In this document: positions 53,309 to 61,940 of the stretch, one piece after another
How the letters are laid out: every line of letters begins with the position of its first letter
Position numbering within the stretch: position 1 is the first letter of the stretch
Program-made: the position numbers and the translations under genes
NCBI GenBank assembly: GCA_965208105.1
Contig: OZ242318.1
Location: 1,216,001-1,280,000 of the forward strand
Direction of reading: 5' to 3'
Source of the DNA: Candidatus Latescibacterota bacterium
GTDB taxonomy: Bacteria > Latescibacterota > UBA2968 > UBA8231
Length of the DNA: 64,000 nt
The notes under the pieces: model-generated
Databases searched by the model: none
The model's input: only the letters and a program-made list of their open reading frames with translations
What the model was told of the DNA's origin: nothing

Positions 53309-54400
53309 TCATCCTCCCAGGTCCAGGTTGAACTCTGCCGGATTCATATCCATATCCCCGGCCAGACCGCGCAGACTCATGAGGACGTCCTCCGGCATCA
53401 CCATGCCTTCGGCCAAGGCCTTGTCGCGGCGCTCCCACTCCATCTCGCCCGGAAGGTATATTTTTTCCGCTCCCCTTACCCTGGGGGCGCTCTTTATCTC
53501 TGCGATCATGGCATCCATGCGGGCATGGAACTCCTCCATCGGCATCATCGCGCCGATGTCGATGGCCATCAGAGCGTGGCCCTGATCGCTGGGATCCGCA
53601 AGGTCCTGGGCCCAGCTGTTGACGCCGCTGAGCATCGCCGCGCCCGTGAGGGTCGCCGTCAGGATCTCCACCAGGACCGCGAGGCCATAGCCTTTGTGAC
53701 CGGCCATGGGCAGCTGCGCCCCCTCCTCGGGGAATCTGCTCGGATCGGTCGTGGGCACGCCCTCCTCATCCACCAGCCAGTCCCCCGGGATGGATCTTCC
53801 CTCGTTCTTGGCGGCGAAAATCTTGGTGGCCGCGACCGCGCTGGTGGCGATATCCAGCATCACGGTGCGCTCCCTGCCCGCCGGAACCGCATAGGCGATG
53901 GGATTTGTTCCCAGAACCCTGGCGCGCGCGCCCGGCGCGGTCATGCAGGGTTCCACGTTGCACATCGACAGCCCCAGCATGTTCTGCTCGGCGGCCATGT
54001 TCGCGTAGAATCCCGCCGCACCGAAGTGGCTGCTGCGCCTGATGCCCACGTAGCCCAGTCCGCTTGCTTCCGCCTTGCGGATCGCCCGCTGCATGGACCG
54101 GTGCGAAATGGCCGGGGGCATGCCGTCGCGCGCGTCGACGATCGCCCACGAGGGCCCTTCCGCAACCACCTCCTCGCGCGCTTTCAGATCCAACCGGCCT
54201 CGCCTTGCATTGCGCAAAAGGCCGCGGATCTGCCTGCTGCCGTGAGTGAAGGTGCCCCATGTATCGGTGGTGACGAAGACCCTCGCTGTCAGCCTGGCGT
54301 CTTCTTCGCCGAGGCCCGACCTCCGCATGGCCTCCGTGCAGAAGGCTTCCAGGTCCGGGGGCTGGATCTTCCCGGCCGGTGAATCCTTGACTCCCTCCAT
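53309..54400 (-). CDS. Ldh_2 family (type 2 malate/L-lactate/sulfolactate/ureidoglycolate dehydrogenase)
   Basis: THG, SSHFGAAG.Y, GTNPIA, LDIATS, GHKGYGL and YLPGE. Confidence 0.9.
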   Translation of the reverse strand: MEGVKDSPAGKIQPPDLEAFCTEAMRRSGLGEEDARLTARVFVTTDTWGTFTHGSRQIRGLLRNARRGRLDLKAREEVVAEGPSWAIVDARDGMPPAISHRSMQRAIRKAEASGLGYVGIRRSSHFGAAGFYANMAAEQNMLGLSMCNVEPCMTAPGARARVLGTNPIAYAVPAGRERTVMLDIATSAVAATKIFAAKNEGRSIPGDWLVDEEGVPTTDPSRFPEEGAQLPMAGHKGYGLAVLVEILTATLTGAAMLSGVNSWAQDLADPSDQGHALMAIDIGAMMPMEEFHARMDAMIAEIKSAPRVRGAEKIYLPGEMEWERRDKALAEGMVMPEDVLMSLRGLAGDMDMNPAEFNLDLGG

Positions 54401-54596
54401 GCTTTGCTCCTTTCGATCGCGGATTCCTTTCCCAGGCTTTCGGAACCTGCCTGAAAATAGGTATGTGCCGGGGCCCTTTCAAGCGACCTCAAAAGGACCG
54501 GGACCTTCGCCGGACCGCAACCGGGCGGAGGGGAAACCGCTGCAACCGGGGATTCGGGCAGGCCTCTCGCGGCGTGCGCAACCCCTTGGTTTTTCC

Positions 54597-54627
54597 TTGA
54601 TTCCCCAATGGCGGTGTAGTAAACTAC
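54597..54627 (+). promoter_or_regulatory. Putative sigma70 promoter with an inverted repeat over the -10 box
   Basis: TTGATT-N17-TAAACT, with palindrome GTAGT-AA-ACTAC at 54616-54627. Confidence 0.45.
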
Positions 54628-54725
54628 GCACTATTCGAGGACCGCGGCCGGCGAGGGGATGGACCTGTCCTGGCGGCGAGAATTTTATCGGCTCACCGCG
54701 GCCAGTGGAGCTGCCTGGAGGAGAT

Positions 54726-55949
54726 ATGCAGAAAATATGCCTGATCGGGGCCTTTGATACTAAGGGCCGGGAATACGGATTCCTGCGCCAGCGCATACTC
54801 GACCGGGGACACGAGGTGCTCGCAGTCAACACGGGCGTCATGGGCTCGACCGACCTCTTTCCAGTGGACGTGGACGCGGACGAAGTCGCCCGGGCCGGCG
54901 GAGGCAGCCTCGAGGACCTGAGAAAGAGGAAAGACCGCGGCGAGGCAATGAAAACCATGTGTGCGGGAGCCCCGGCCGTCGTCAAGGCACTGCACGACGG
55001 CGGCCAGCTGAGCGGGATCGTGGGCATGGGCGGGACCGGCGGCACGACGGTGGTCTCCGCTGCCATGCGCGCACTGCCCACCGGCTTTCCGAAGGTCTGC
55101 GTGTCCACGGCCGCCTCGGGCGACGTGGCCCCCTACGTTGGCACGAAGGACATCGCCATGATTCCTTCCATCGTCGACGTAGCCGGGATCAACCGCGTAT
55201 CCAGGGTGGTTTTTTCACGGGCGGCCGGAGCGATCTGCGGAATGGTGGAGGCGGAGATCCGAACCGGCGACAAGGACAAGCCGGTGGTCACCGCGTCCAT
55301 GTTCGGAAACACGACCGAATGCGTCGAGGCATGCATGGAAATGCTCACGGCGAGGGGATACGAGGTACTCGTCTTCCACGCCACCGGAACGGGCGGCCGG
55401 ACCATGGAAGGTCTGGTGCAGGATGGTCTGGCGGATGCGGTCCTGGACATCACCACCACTGAATGGGCCGACACCATCTGCGGCGGAGTTTTCGACGCCG
55501 GCACCACGCGCCTGGACGCGCCCGGCGAAAGGGGGGTTCCCCATCTCATCGTACCGGGATGCGTCGACATGGCCAACTTCGGCGGAATGGAGGATGTGCC
55601 CGAAAAGTACAGGAAGGCGCGCAGGACTTTCTACGAGTGGAATCCCTCCGTTACCCTGATGCGCACCAACAGGGAGGAGAACGAAAGAATGGGGAAGATC
55701 TTCGCGGAGAAGGCCAACGCCTCCTCCGGTCCGGTCGCCTTCCTCATCCCCCTCAAGGGCGTGTCCATTCTGGACGGGGACGGAGAGCTGTTCTGCGACC
55801 GCGAAGCGGATCAGGCCATGTTCGACGCCCTCAAGGCCAATTTGAGGGGAGACATCGAAGTGGTGGAATTGGACAACAACATCAACGATCCGCAATTCTC
55901 GGCCAAGGCCGTCGAAATGTTGCTGGATCTCATGGGAGCGGCACACTAA
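54726..55949 (+). CDS. Tm-1-like ATP-binding domain protein (UPF0261)
   Basis: IGAFDTKG.EY, GMGGTGGT, KVCVST, SMFGNTT, FHATGTGG..ME and DITTTE. Start ATG 54726 after GGAGGAG. Confidence 0.88.
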   Translation: MQKICLIGAFDTKGREYGFLRQRILDRGHEVLAVNTGVMGSTDLFPVDVDADEVARAGGGSLEDLRKRKDRGEAMKTMCAGAPAVVKALHDGGQLSGIVGMGGTGGTTVVSAAMRALPTGFPKVCVSTAASGDVAPYVGTKDIAMIPSIVDVAGINRVSRVVFSRAAGAICGMVEAEIRTGDKDKPVVTASMFGNTTECVEACMEMLTARGYEVLVFHATGTGGRTMEGLVQDGLADAVLDITTTEWADTICGGVFDAGTTRLDAPGERGVPHLIVPGCVDMANFGGMEDVPEKYRKARRTFYEWNPSVTLMRTNREENERMGKIFAEKANASSGPVAFLIPLKGVSILDGDGELFCDREADQAMFDALKANLRGDIEVVELDNNINDPQFSAKAVEMLLDLMGAAH

Positions 55950-55987
55950 TGTCCCGGGGGCACTAGGTTTCGCCGGCGGAGAAGAGA

Positions 55988-56818
55988 ATGGCATTCACGC
56001 GACAGCAGGTACTGGACCGTTTGAGAAAACGCATCGGAGAGGGCGTGCCGATCATCGGCGGCGGCGCCGGAAACGGCATCAGCGCCAAGTGCCAGGAAGC
56101 GGGCGGGGTCGATCTGCTGATAATCTACAACTCCGGGCGCTTCCGCATGAACGGACGCGGCTCGCTGGCCGGCTGCATGCCCTACGGCGACGCCAACGCC
56201 ATCGTGATGGCCATGGCCGGCGAGGTCCTGACCATCGTCGAAGACACTCCTGTCCTGGCCGGAGTGTGCGGGACGGACCCCACCCGCCTGATGGAGGTCT
56301 TTCTCGACGAGGTGCGCCGCGCCGGATTCTCCGGGGTACAGAACTTCCCGACAGTCGGACTTTGCGACGGCATGTTCCGCGCCAACCTCGAGGAAACGGG
56401 CATGGGCTACGAGGTCGAGGTGGAGATGATTCGTCAAGCCCACGAACTGGATCTTTTCACCTCGCCTTACGCCTTCACTCCAGAAGAAGGCGAGACCATG
56501 GCCCGCGCCGGCGCGGACGTGGTCGTTGCCCACATGGGACTGACCACGAAGGGCAGCATCGGCGCGGCGACGTCCCTGTCCCTGGAGCAGTGCCCCGAGA
56601 AGGTTCAGGAGATTTGCGACAGGGCAAAATCCGTGAACCCGGACCTCATCGTGCTGTGCCACGGAGGGCCAATTTCAATGCCGGAAGACGCCGGCTACGT
56701 CCTCCGCAACACCCGGGGGGTCGACGGATTCTACGGCGCTTCGAGCGTCGAGAGGCTGCCGTCGGAAACCGCCATCAGGGCGCAGATGGAGCAGTTCAAA
56801 GGCATTCGCTTCGAGTGA
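55988..56818 (+). CDS. TIM-barrel signal transduction / PEP hydrolase-like protein (partner of the Tm-1-like protein)
   Basis: GGGAG.GISAK, IIYNSGRFRM.GRGSLAG.MPYGDAN, GVQNFPTVG, LCHGGP and GASSVERLP. Confidence 0.9.
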   Translation: MAFTRQQVLDRLRKRIGEGVPIIGGGAGNGISAKCQEAGGVDLLIIYNSGRFRMNGRGSLAGCMPYGDANAIVMAMAGEVLTIVEDTPVLAGVCGTDPTRLMEVFLDEVRRAGFSGVQNFPTVGLCDGMFRANLEETGMGYEVEVEMIRQAHELDLFTSPYAFTPEEGETMARAGADVVVAHMGLTTKGSIGAATSLSLEQCPEKVQEICDRAKSVNPDLIVLCHGGPISMPEDAGYVLRNTRGVDGFYGASSVERLPSETAIRAQMEQFKGIRFE

Positions 56819-56847
56819 CTACACGCAGAAAAGGAGGCAACAGAGAA

Positions 56848-57630
56848 ATGCTCTTGGAAGGGAAGAAGGCCCTGGTCACAGGCTCCAGGAGGGGAATCGG
56901 CCGCGGCATCGCCACTCTCTTCGCGGATCACGGGGCGGACATCGGGATCAACGACGTGGAAAGGGACGAGGCCGCCGAAGACACCCTCGGGATGATCGGA
57001 GACAGGGGCCGCAGGGCGACATGGCACCAGGCGGATATCAGCAAGAGGGACGAGGTGGAGCGGATGTTCGACGAGTTCAACCAGGCCCATGGGGGCATCG
57101 ATATCCTGGTCAACAACGCCGTGGCCACGCGGGACAAACCGTTCCTAGAAATCGAAGAGGAGGATTGGGACTTCGAAACAGGCGTGGCCCTCAAGGCCTA
57201 CTTCTTGTGCAGCCAGCGTGCGGCGCGGGACATGGCAGCTCGGGAAAGGGGCGGGCGCATCGTATGCATCAGCAGTGTGCACGCCTTCCGGGCGTGGCCG
57301 GGAGATACGATCTACGGCATCTGCAAGGCCGGCCTGGTGCGCATGGTGAAAAGCATGGCCCTTGACCTCAAAGGCCGCAACATAAACGCCAACTGCATTG
57401 CCCCGGGGTATATCGACAGCCGCCTGCTGCCGCCCGGGCAGGAACCTCTGCGCGGCGGCCCGGGATACGCAGACAACGCCAAACCGTGGATTCCCTGCGA
57501 CCGCGGCGGGACCCCCGAAGACATCGCCAAAGCCGCCCTCTTCCTGTGCTCGGACCTGGGTGACTACGTCAACGGTGAGTGCATTACGGTGGACGGCGGG
57601 TTCCTCGTCGGCGGGACCCCCGAGGACTGA
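56848..57630 (+). CDS. Short-chain dehydrogenase/reductase
   Basis: TGSRRGIG, LVNNA, YGICK (YxxxK), IAPG and VDGG. Start ATG 56848 after AAGGAGG. Confidence 0.92.
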   Translation: MLLEGKKALVTGSRRGIGRGIATLFADHGADIGINDVERDEAAEDTLGMIGDRGRRATWHQADISKRDEVERMFDEFNQAHGGIDILVNNAVATRDKPFLEIEEEDWDFETGVALKAYFLCSQRAARDMAARERGGRIVCISSVHAFRAWPGDTIYGICKAGLVRMVKSMALDLKGRNINANCIAPGYIDSRLLPPGQEPLRGGPGYADNAKPWIPCDRGGTPEDIAKAALFLCSDLGDYVNGECITVDGGFLVGGTPED

Positions 57631-57780
57631 GGACATCAAGGCGGCAAGATGATCTCGGGGAAGGCGCTGCCACCTCGATAACTTCCCCGCCCCCATCTTC
57701 AGCCAGGGGACCGAACGCCCGGCGGCGGGCCCGCAGGAAGCCGGGCTCCCGGTCGGGATGCCAGGCTTCCTGTTCCCGGC

Positions 57781-58095
57781 TCAGTCCTTCAGCTCCACCA
57801 CGATATTTCTCCAGGGTTCCGCCCCCGCGTTGATCGCCTCGTGTACCGCCTCCCCTGAAACCCGGTTGAACCGCACCTCCCCGTCCATCATTTCCCTGGC
57901 CTCTCCGCGCTTGCCTTCCGCATCCGCCGCCTGCAATCTGCCGTCGCCGATGACCACGTACAGGTAGTCGCACTCGTGCCGGTGCAGGCCCGTGCTCTCA
58001 CCGGGCTGCAGGCACAGGTCCCAGACCCGCACCCGCTCATTCTCATACAGCAGACGCGTTCCCACTTCCGGCGCAACGGACTTGCTCGTTGGCAT
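57781..58095 (-). CDS. Cupin domain protein
   Basis: LLYENERVRVW, PGE...HRH and H...N.....NIVVELK. Confidence 0.82.
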   Translation of the reverse strand: MPTSKSVAPEVGTRLLYENERVRVWDLCLQPGESTGLHRHECDYLYVVIGDGRLQAADAEGKRGEAREMMDGEVRFNRVSGEAVHEAINAGAEPWRNIVVELKD

Positions 58096-58288
58096 GACAA
58101 TCCTCCTATGGGTTCGATATGCCTGCAGGCCCGACCGTCCACCCCCCGCCGGCGGGCCCCGGCGGTTGATTCAGGTCAGGATGCCGGCATCTCGGTGATC
58201 GGGTGCGGACGGGCGCTCACCGCCTGCCTGGCGCCTGCCGGTGCGCCGGTGAACCCAATCCCCATTGCCCGATTATCCGGCTGACAGG

Positions 58289-59173
58289 TCAACTCAAGGG
58301 TATCCGCTGGTTGGCGCCTTGGGCCTTGTGCAGGCGGATGGAACCGCCCCCGGTACACAGGGTAACGAGTGGACCCCCGCCGTTGACCGAGGCTTTGAGG
58401 CCGCTCTTTTCCAGGCCGCCCCGGAAAGCGAGGGGATAATCGGTGGTCAGGCTCCCGCCCGAGGTCCGGGCATCCAGGCACAGTCCGATATCGACAGCCA
58501 GGAACACCTCCAACTCACCCCCCGAAGTCTCCAGGAAGCAGGGCACCCCGGGTTCCTGCGACAGCCCCAGGTGGATGCTGCCTCCCCCGGCGCAGACCTC
58601 CGCCGCGCCCCTTATCGAGGCAAGGTGGACGTCGCCGCCCGAGCTCCTTGCCACGAGGTCGCCGTCCAGGTCCTCGATTCGAATGTCGCCCCCTTCAGTC
58701 CGCGCATCCACCGGCCCCTCGACATGAGCACAGCTGAAGCCACCTCCCGCGGTGCTTGCCCGCACGCCCCCCTGGAGCTGGTCCAGCTCTATGCTGCCCC
58801 CATCCGTGGTCAGCTCCAGGTCCTGGCGCAGGGGAATGGTGAGGATCAGCCTGGGTGGGCGCCCCGGGATTGCCGCTGCGATGATCCGGGACATGAGCGA
58901 GGAATCCCCATCTATTTTGTGGACTCGAACGGTGGTCCTGCCATCCTCCCGCCGGTATTGCAGTTCGAGCTTGCGGGTCCCCTCCAGGACCAGTTTAACC
59001 TCGGGGCGCTCCCAGGTGTGCACCTCGACGGCCGCCAGTTCCACCTCCGCTGCCAGCAGGTCGCCGGGCTCGGCTGCAAAAGACCGGTGTGCGGTGTCCT
59101 CGGCGGCGAGGCCGGGGCTTCCGGGAACCAGGGGCGATACGGCGGCGGTGAGCAGTGACCACAACCTCTTCAC
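58289..59173 (-). CDS. DUF4097-like beta-strand repeat protein (exported)
   Basis: Repeated T/S-x-GG-x-I motifs. GTG start at 59173 gives a signal-like VKRLWSLLTAAV. Confidence 0.78.
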   Translation of the reverse strand: MKRLWSLLTAAVSPLVPGSPGLAAEDTAHRSFAAEPGDLLAAEVELAAVEVHTWERPEVKLVLEGTRKLELQYRREDGRTTVRVHKIDGDSSLMSRIIAAAIPGRPPRLILTIPLRQDLELTTDGGSIELDQLQGGVRASTAGGGFSCAHVEGPVDARTEGGDIRIEDLDGDLVARSSGGDVHLASIRGAAEVCAGGGSIHLGLSQEPGVPCFLETSGGELEVFLAVDIGLCLDARTSGGSLTTDYPLAFRGGLEKSGLKASVNGGGPLVTLCTGGGSIRLHKAQGANQRIPLS

Positions 59174-59213
59174 CGGATCCTCCTCGTCACCTGTACCGGA
59201 CCGGGAGGAGTGG

Positions 59214-60713
59214 TCATTTTCCCCGCTTCCAGTTGCGTGCAAACTGGGTCAGGAGGCGGACCCCCACACCGGCTCCACCTCTGGGGATGTAGGGCCTGGT
59301 TGCGTCGCTGTATGCCGTTCCGGCGATGTCGATGTGGACCCAGGGATAGTCCCGGGCGAACTCGGCGAGTAGAGCCGCGGCGGTAATGGCGCCTCCAGGG
59401 CGGCCGCCACTGTTCTTGAGATCGGCGACCCGGCTCTTTATCTGCTCGCGGTAGTCGTCCCAGAGGGGCAGGGACCATACCCGCTCTCCGCTCTCCTCAC
59501 CCGCCCTCTTGACCAATGCCGCCAGCTCCTCGTCGTTGCCCATCATGCCGCTGGCGTGGTGTCCCAGGGCGATGACGCAGGCGCCGGTGAGGGTGGCCAG
59601 GTCGATCGCCGCGGCGGGCTTGTAGCGCCTTGCATAGGCGAGGGCGTCGGCCAGGATCAGGCGGCCCTCGGCGTCGGTGTTGAGGATCTCGATGGTCTTC
59701 CCGGACAAGGTCCTGAGGATGTCTCCCGGTTTGCAGGACTTGCCGTCGAGAAGATTCTCGGTAGCGGCCACGAGGCCGACGATATAGTGCGGAACCCTGA
59801 GGGCAGCCACCGCCTGCATGGCGCCCAGGACCGCAGCGGCGCCGGCCATGTCGAACTTCATCTCGTCCATGCCGCTTCCGGGCTTTATGGAGATGCCGCC
59901 GCTGTCGAAGGTCACGCCCTTGCCGACAAAGACCAGGGGACGTACTCCCGCCTTCCTGTTGTACTCGAGAATGATGAAGCGGGCGGGCTGGGCGCTGCCC
60001 TGGGAAACCCCCAGCAGTCCTCCCATCCCGAGGCGCTTCATGGCTGACTCGTCCAATACCCGGCAGCGCATGCCGCCGTCCCTGGCTATTTTGCGGGCCG
60101 TGCGCGCAAGGTAGGCAGGTGTGGCGACGTTGCCCGGATGGTTCGCCAGGTCGCGGGCAAGGCAGGTGGCCGTGGCGATGCGGGCACCGTGCCGGGCGCC
60201 ACGACGGGCCGCCGCCAACTTGTCGCCGTCGAATTCTACTATGGTGAGGGCTTTCAGCTCCTTTGCCTCCCTTCGTCCACTGCGATAGTGGTCGAACCGG
60301 TAGCAGGCCAGGATGCTGGCCTCGGCCACGGCCTGGGCGGCTGCCTCGGTTTCCAGGCCGCCGGCGCCGGTGCCGTGAAGAATGGTGGCAGCGTGCTCGA
60401 GACCGAGGTCCTGCAGCCTGCGGGCAGCGGTGCCGGCCGCCTGACGGGCAGCCTCGAGACTGAAGTCCTCCCGGGGACCCAGCCCGACCACCAGGACACG
60501 CGGGGCGGGAATCCGTCCCTGGCCGTAAAGCAGGAGGACCTCGTTCTTTTTGCCGCTGAAATCCCCGCCGTCCACCGCGCCCGCAACGAGGTTACCGAGG
60601 GCGGCGTCCACCGCGCCCGTGGCCCCGCCGGGGCGAGCTCCCTCGAAAAGGTTGACTACAATGGCCTCATCGGCCTTCTTTTGTACCTCTCCCCGCTCTA
60701 CCCGAACTTTCAT
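59214..60713 (-). CDS. pepA: Leucyl aminopeptidase (M17)
   Basis: GKGVTFDSGG, MKFDMAG, NTDAEGRL, DLATLTGA and HIDIAG. Confidence 0.96.
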   Translation of the reverse strand: MKVRVERGEVQKKADEAIVVNLFEGARPGGATGAVDAALGNLVAGAVDGGDFSGKKNEVLLLYGQGRIPAPRVLVVGLGPREDFSLEAARQAAGTAARRLQDLGLEHAATILHGTGAGGLETEAAAQAVAEASILACYRFDHYRSGRREAKELKALTIVEFDGDKLAAARRGARHGARIATATCLARDLANHPGNVATPAYLARTARKIARDGGMRCRVLDESAMKRLGMGGLLGVSQGSAQPARFIILEYNRKAGVRPLVFVGKGVTFDSGGISIKPGSGMDEMKFDMAGAAAVLGAMQAVAALRVPHYIVGLVAATENLLDGKSCKPGDILRTLSGKTIEILNTDAEGRLILADALAYARRYKPAAAIDLATLTGACVIALGHHASGMMGNDEELAALVKRAGEESGERVWSLPLWDDYREQIKSRVADLKNSGGRPGGAITAAALLAEFARDYPWVHIDIAGTAYSDATRPYIPRGGAGVGVRLLTQFARNWKRGK

Positions 60714-60749
60714 GAAATACCCTCCCGATAGTGGTCCGAAGGCGGGCTG

Positions 60750-60778
60750 AGTATAGAAAACAGCACGGGGACTGTCAA
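60750..60778 (-). promoter_or_regulatory. sigma70 promoter of pepA
   Basis: Minus strand TTGACA-N17-TATACT. Confidence 0.7.
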
Positions 60779-60812
60779 CGATAAGACTAACAATTGGACT
60801 AACGATAAGACT
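60777..60812. repeat. Three tandem 12-bp repeats
   Basis: AACGATAAGACT AACAATTGGACT AACGATAAGACT, ending immediately before ATG 60813. Confidence 0.8.
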
Positions 60813-61517
60813 ATGGAATTATTCATCATCCGGCATGGCCAGTCGTTCAACAACGCGCTGGCGGAAGAGCACGCCGGCCAGCGCCACCGGGATCCGGCGC
60901 TGACCGAAACCGGCGAGCGGCAGGCGGAATGCGTCGCCCCCTTTCTGGCGGCCGGCAGGCACCTTGCTCCCGGCGAGAGGGCGGCGGGAGGTCCCCGTTT
61001 CGACGAGCTCTACTGCAGTCCCATGATTCGCGCCCTGCAGACCGCAGAGCCCATTGCCCGGGAACTGGACATGGCGCCCGAAGTCTGGGTGGACATCCAC
61101 GAGGAGGGGGGAATATTCCTCGATCATGGTCCCGATGGTGGGGTGGTGGGATATCCGGGGCAGACCCGGAAGGAGATAGAGGAGCGCTTCCCCGGCTATG
61201 TGCTGCCGCTGGAGGTTGGCGAACAGGGGTGGTGGAACCACGGCTTCGAGGAGCGGCAATGGTGCCTCGGGCGGGCAATAGGGGTGGCGTCCGCCTTGCT
61301 CGAACGCGCCTCCGAAGACCGCCGCATCGGCCTTGTTTCCCACGGTGGATTCATCGACGCGCTCCTGAAGGCCTTCGGCCGTCAACTGCCGGGCAACGGG
61401 TTCCATTACCATCACCACAACACCGCCATCACCCGGCTCGGTTTTGGCGCCCAGGGCAGGATAGACATCCGCTACATGAATCGGGTGGACCATCTCCCCC
61501 GTGAACTGCTCACCTGA
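60813..61517 (+). CDS. Histidine phosphatase (phosphoglycerate mutase-like) family
   Basis: IIRHGQS, LTETG..QA, SPMIRALQTA, VSHGG and NTAIT. Confidence 0.92.
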   Translation: MELFIIRHGQSFNNALAEEHAGQRHRDPALTETGERQAECVAPFLAAGRHLAPGERAAGGPRFDELYCSPMIRALQTAEPIARELDMAPEVWVDIHEEGGIFLDHGPDGGVVGYPGQTRKEIEERFPGYVLPLEVGEQGWWNHGFEERQWCLGRAIGVASALLERASEDRRIGLVSHGGFIDALLKAFGRQLPGNGFHYHHHNTAITRLGFGAQGRIDIRYMNRVDHLPRELLT

Positions 61518-61536
61518 TGAACCGGAGTACTCTCGC

Positions 61537-61875
61537 ATGAAAATCCACGGCCTCACAGTCAACCTGAAAGACGACCCGGAAGTTATCGAGAAATACAAGG
61601 AGTACCACAGCGAGCCCTGGCCCGAGGTCATGGAGTCGCTGCGCGCCTCCGGCGTGCTCGATATGAAGATCTTCCTGCTGGGAAGGCGCATGTTCATGTA
61701 TCTGGTCACTACCGACGAGTTCGGCTCGGAGACGGAGGCCGCAGCAGAAGGGGTGACCCATCCGCGGGTGGAAAGGTGGAACGAATTGATGAACGGCTTT
61801 CAGGAGGCCGTGCCCGAATCCCCCGAAACGCTGTGGGCGCCCATGGAACAGGTCTTTGATTTCAAGCAGCATTGA
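61537..61875 (+). CDS. L-rhamnose mutarotase-like protein
   Basis: YKEYHSEPWPEV, W..LM...Q and W.PMEQVF. Confidence 0.85.
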   Translation: MKIHGLTVNLKDDPEVIEKYKEYHSEPWPEVMESLRASGVLDMKIFLLGRRMFMYLVTTDEFGSETEAAAEGVTHPRVERWNELMNGFQEAVPESPETLWAPMEQVFDFKQH

Positions 61876-61940
61876 TCGGCGGCGCGAACCGGAGGCTGTC
61901 CAACCCGGATTTTCCGGGCGAGGACCAGAGGAAGATTTCA

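Noticed and set aside
60777-60812. CRISPR-like array
   Set aside because: The units are contiguous 12-mers with no spacers, and no cas genes are present. No CRISPR array was seen anywhere in the window.
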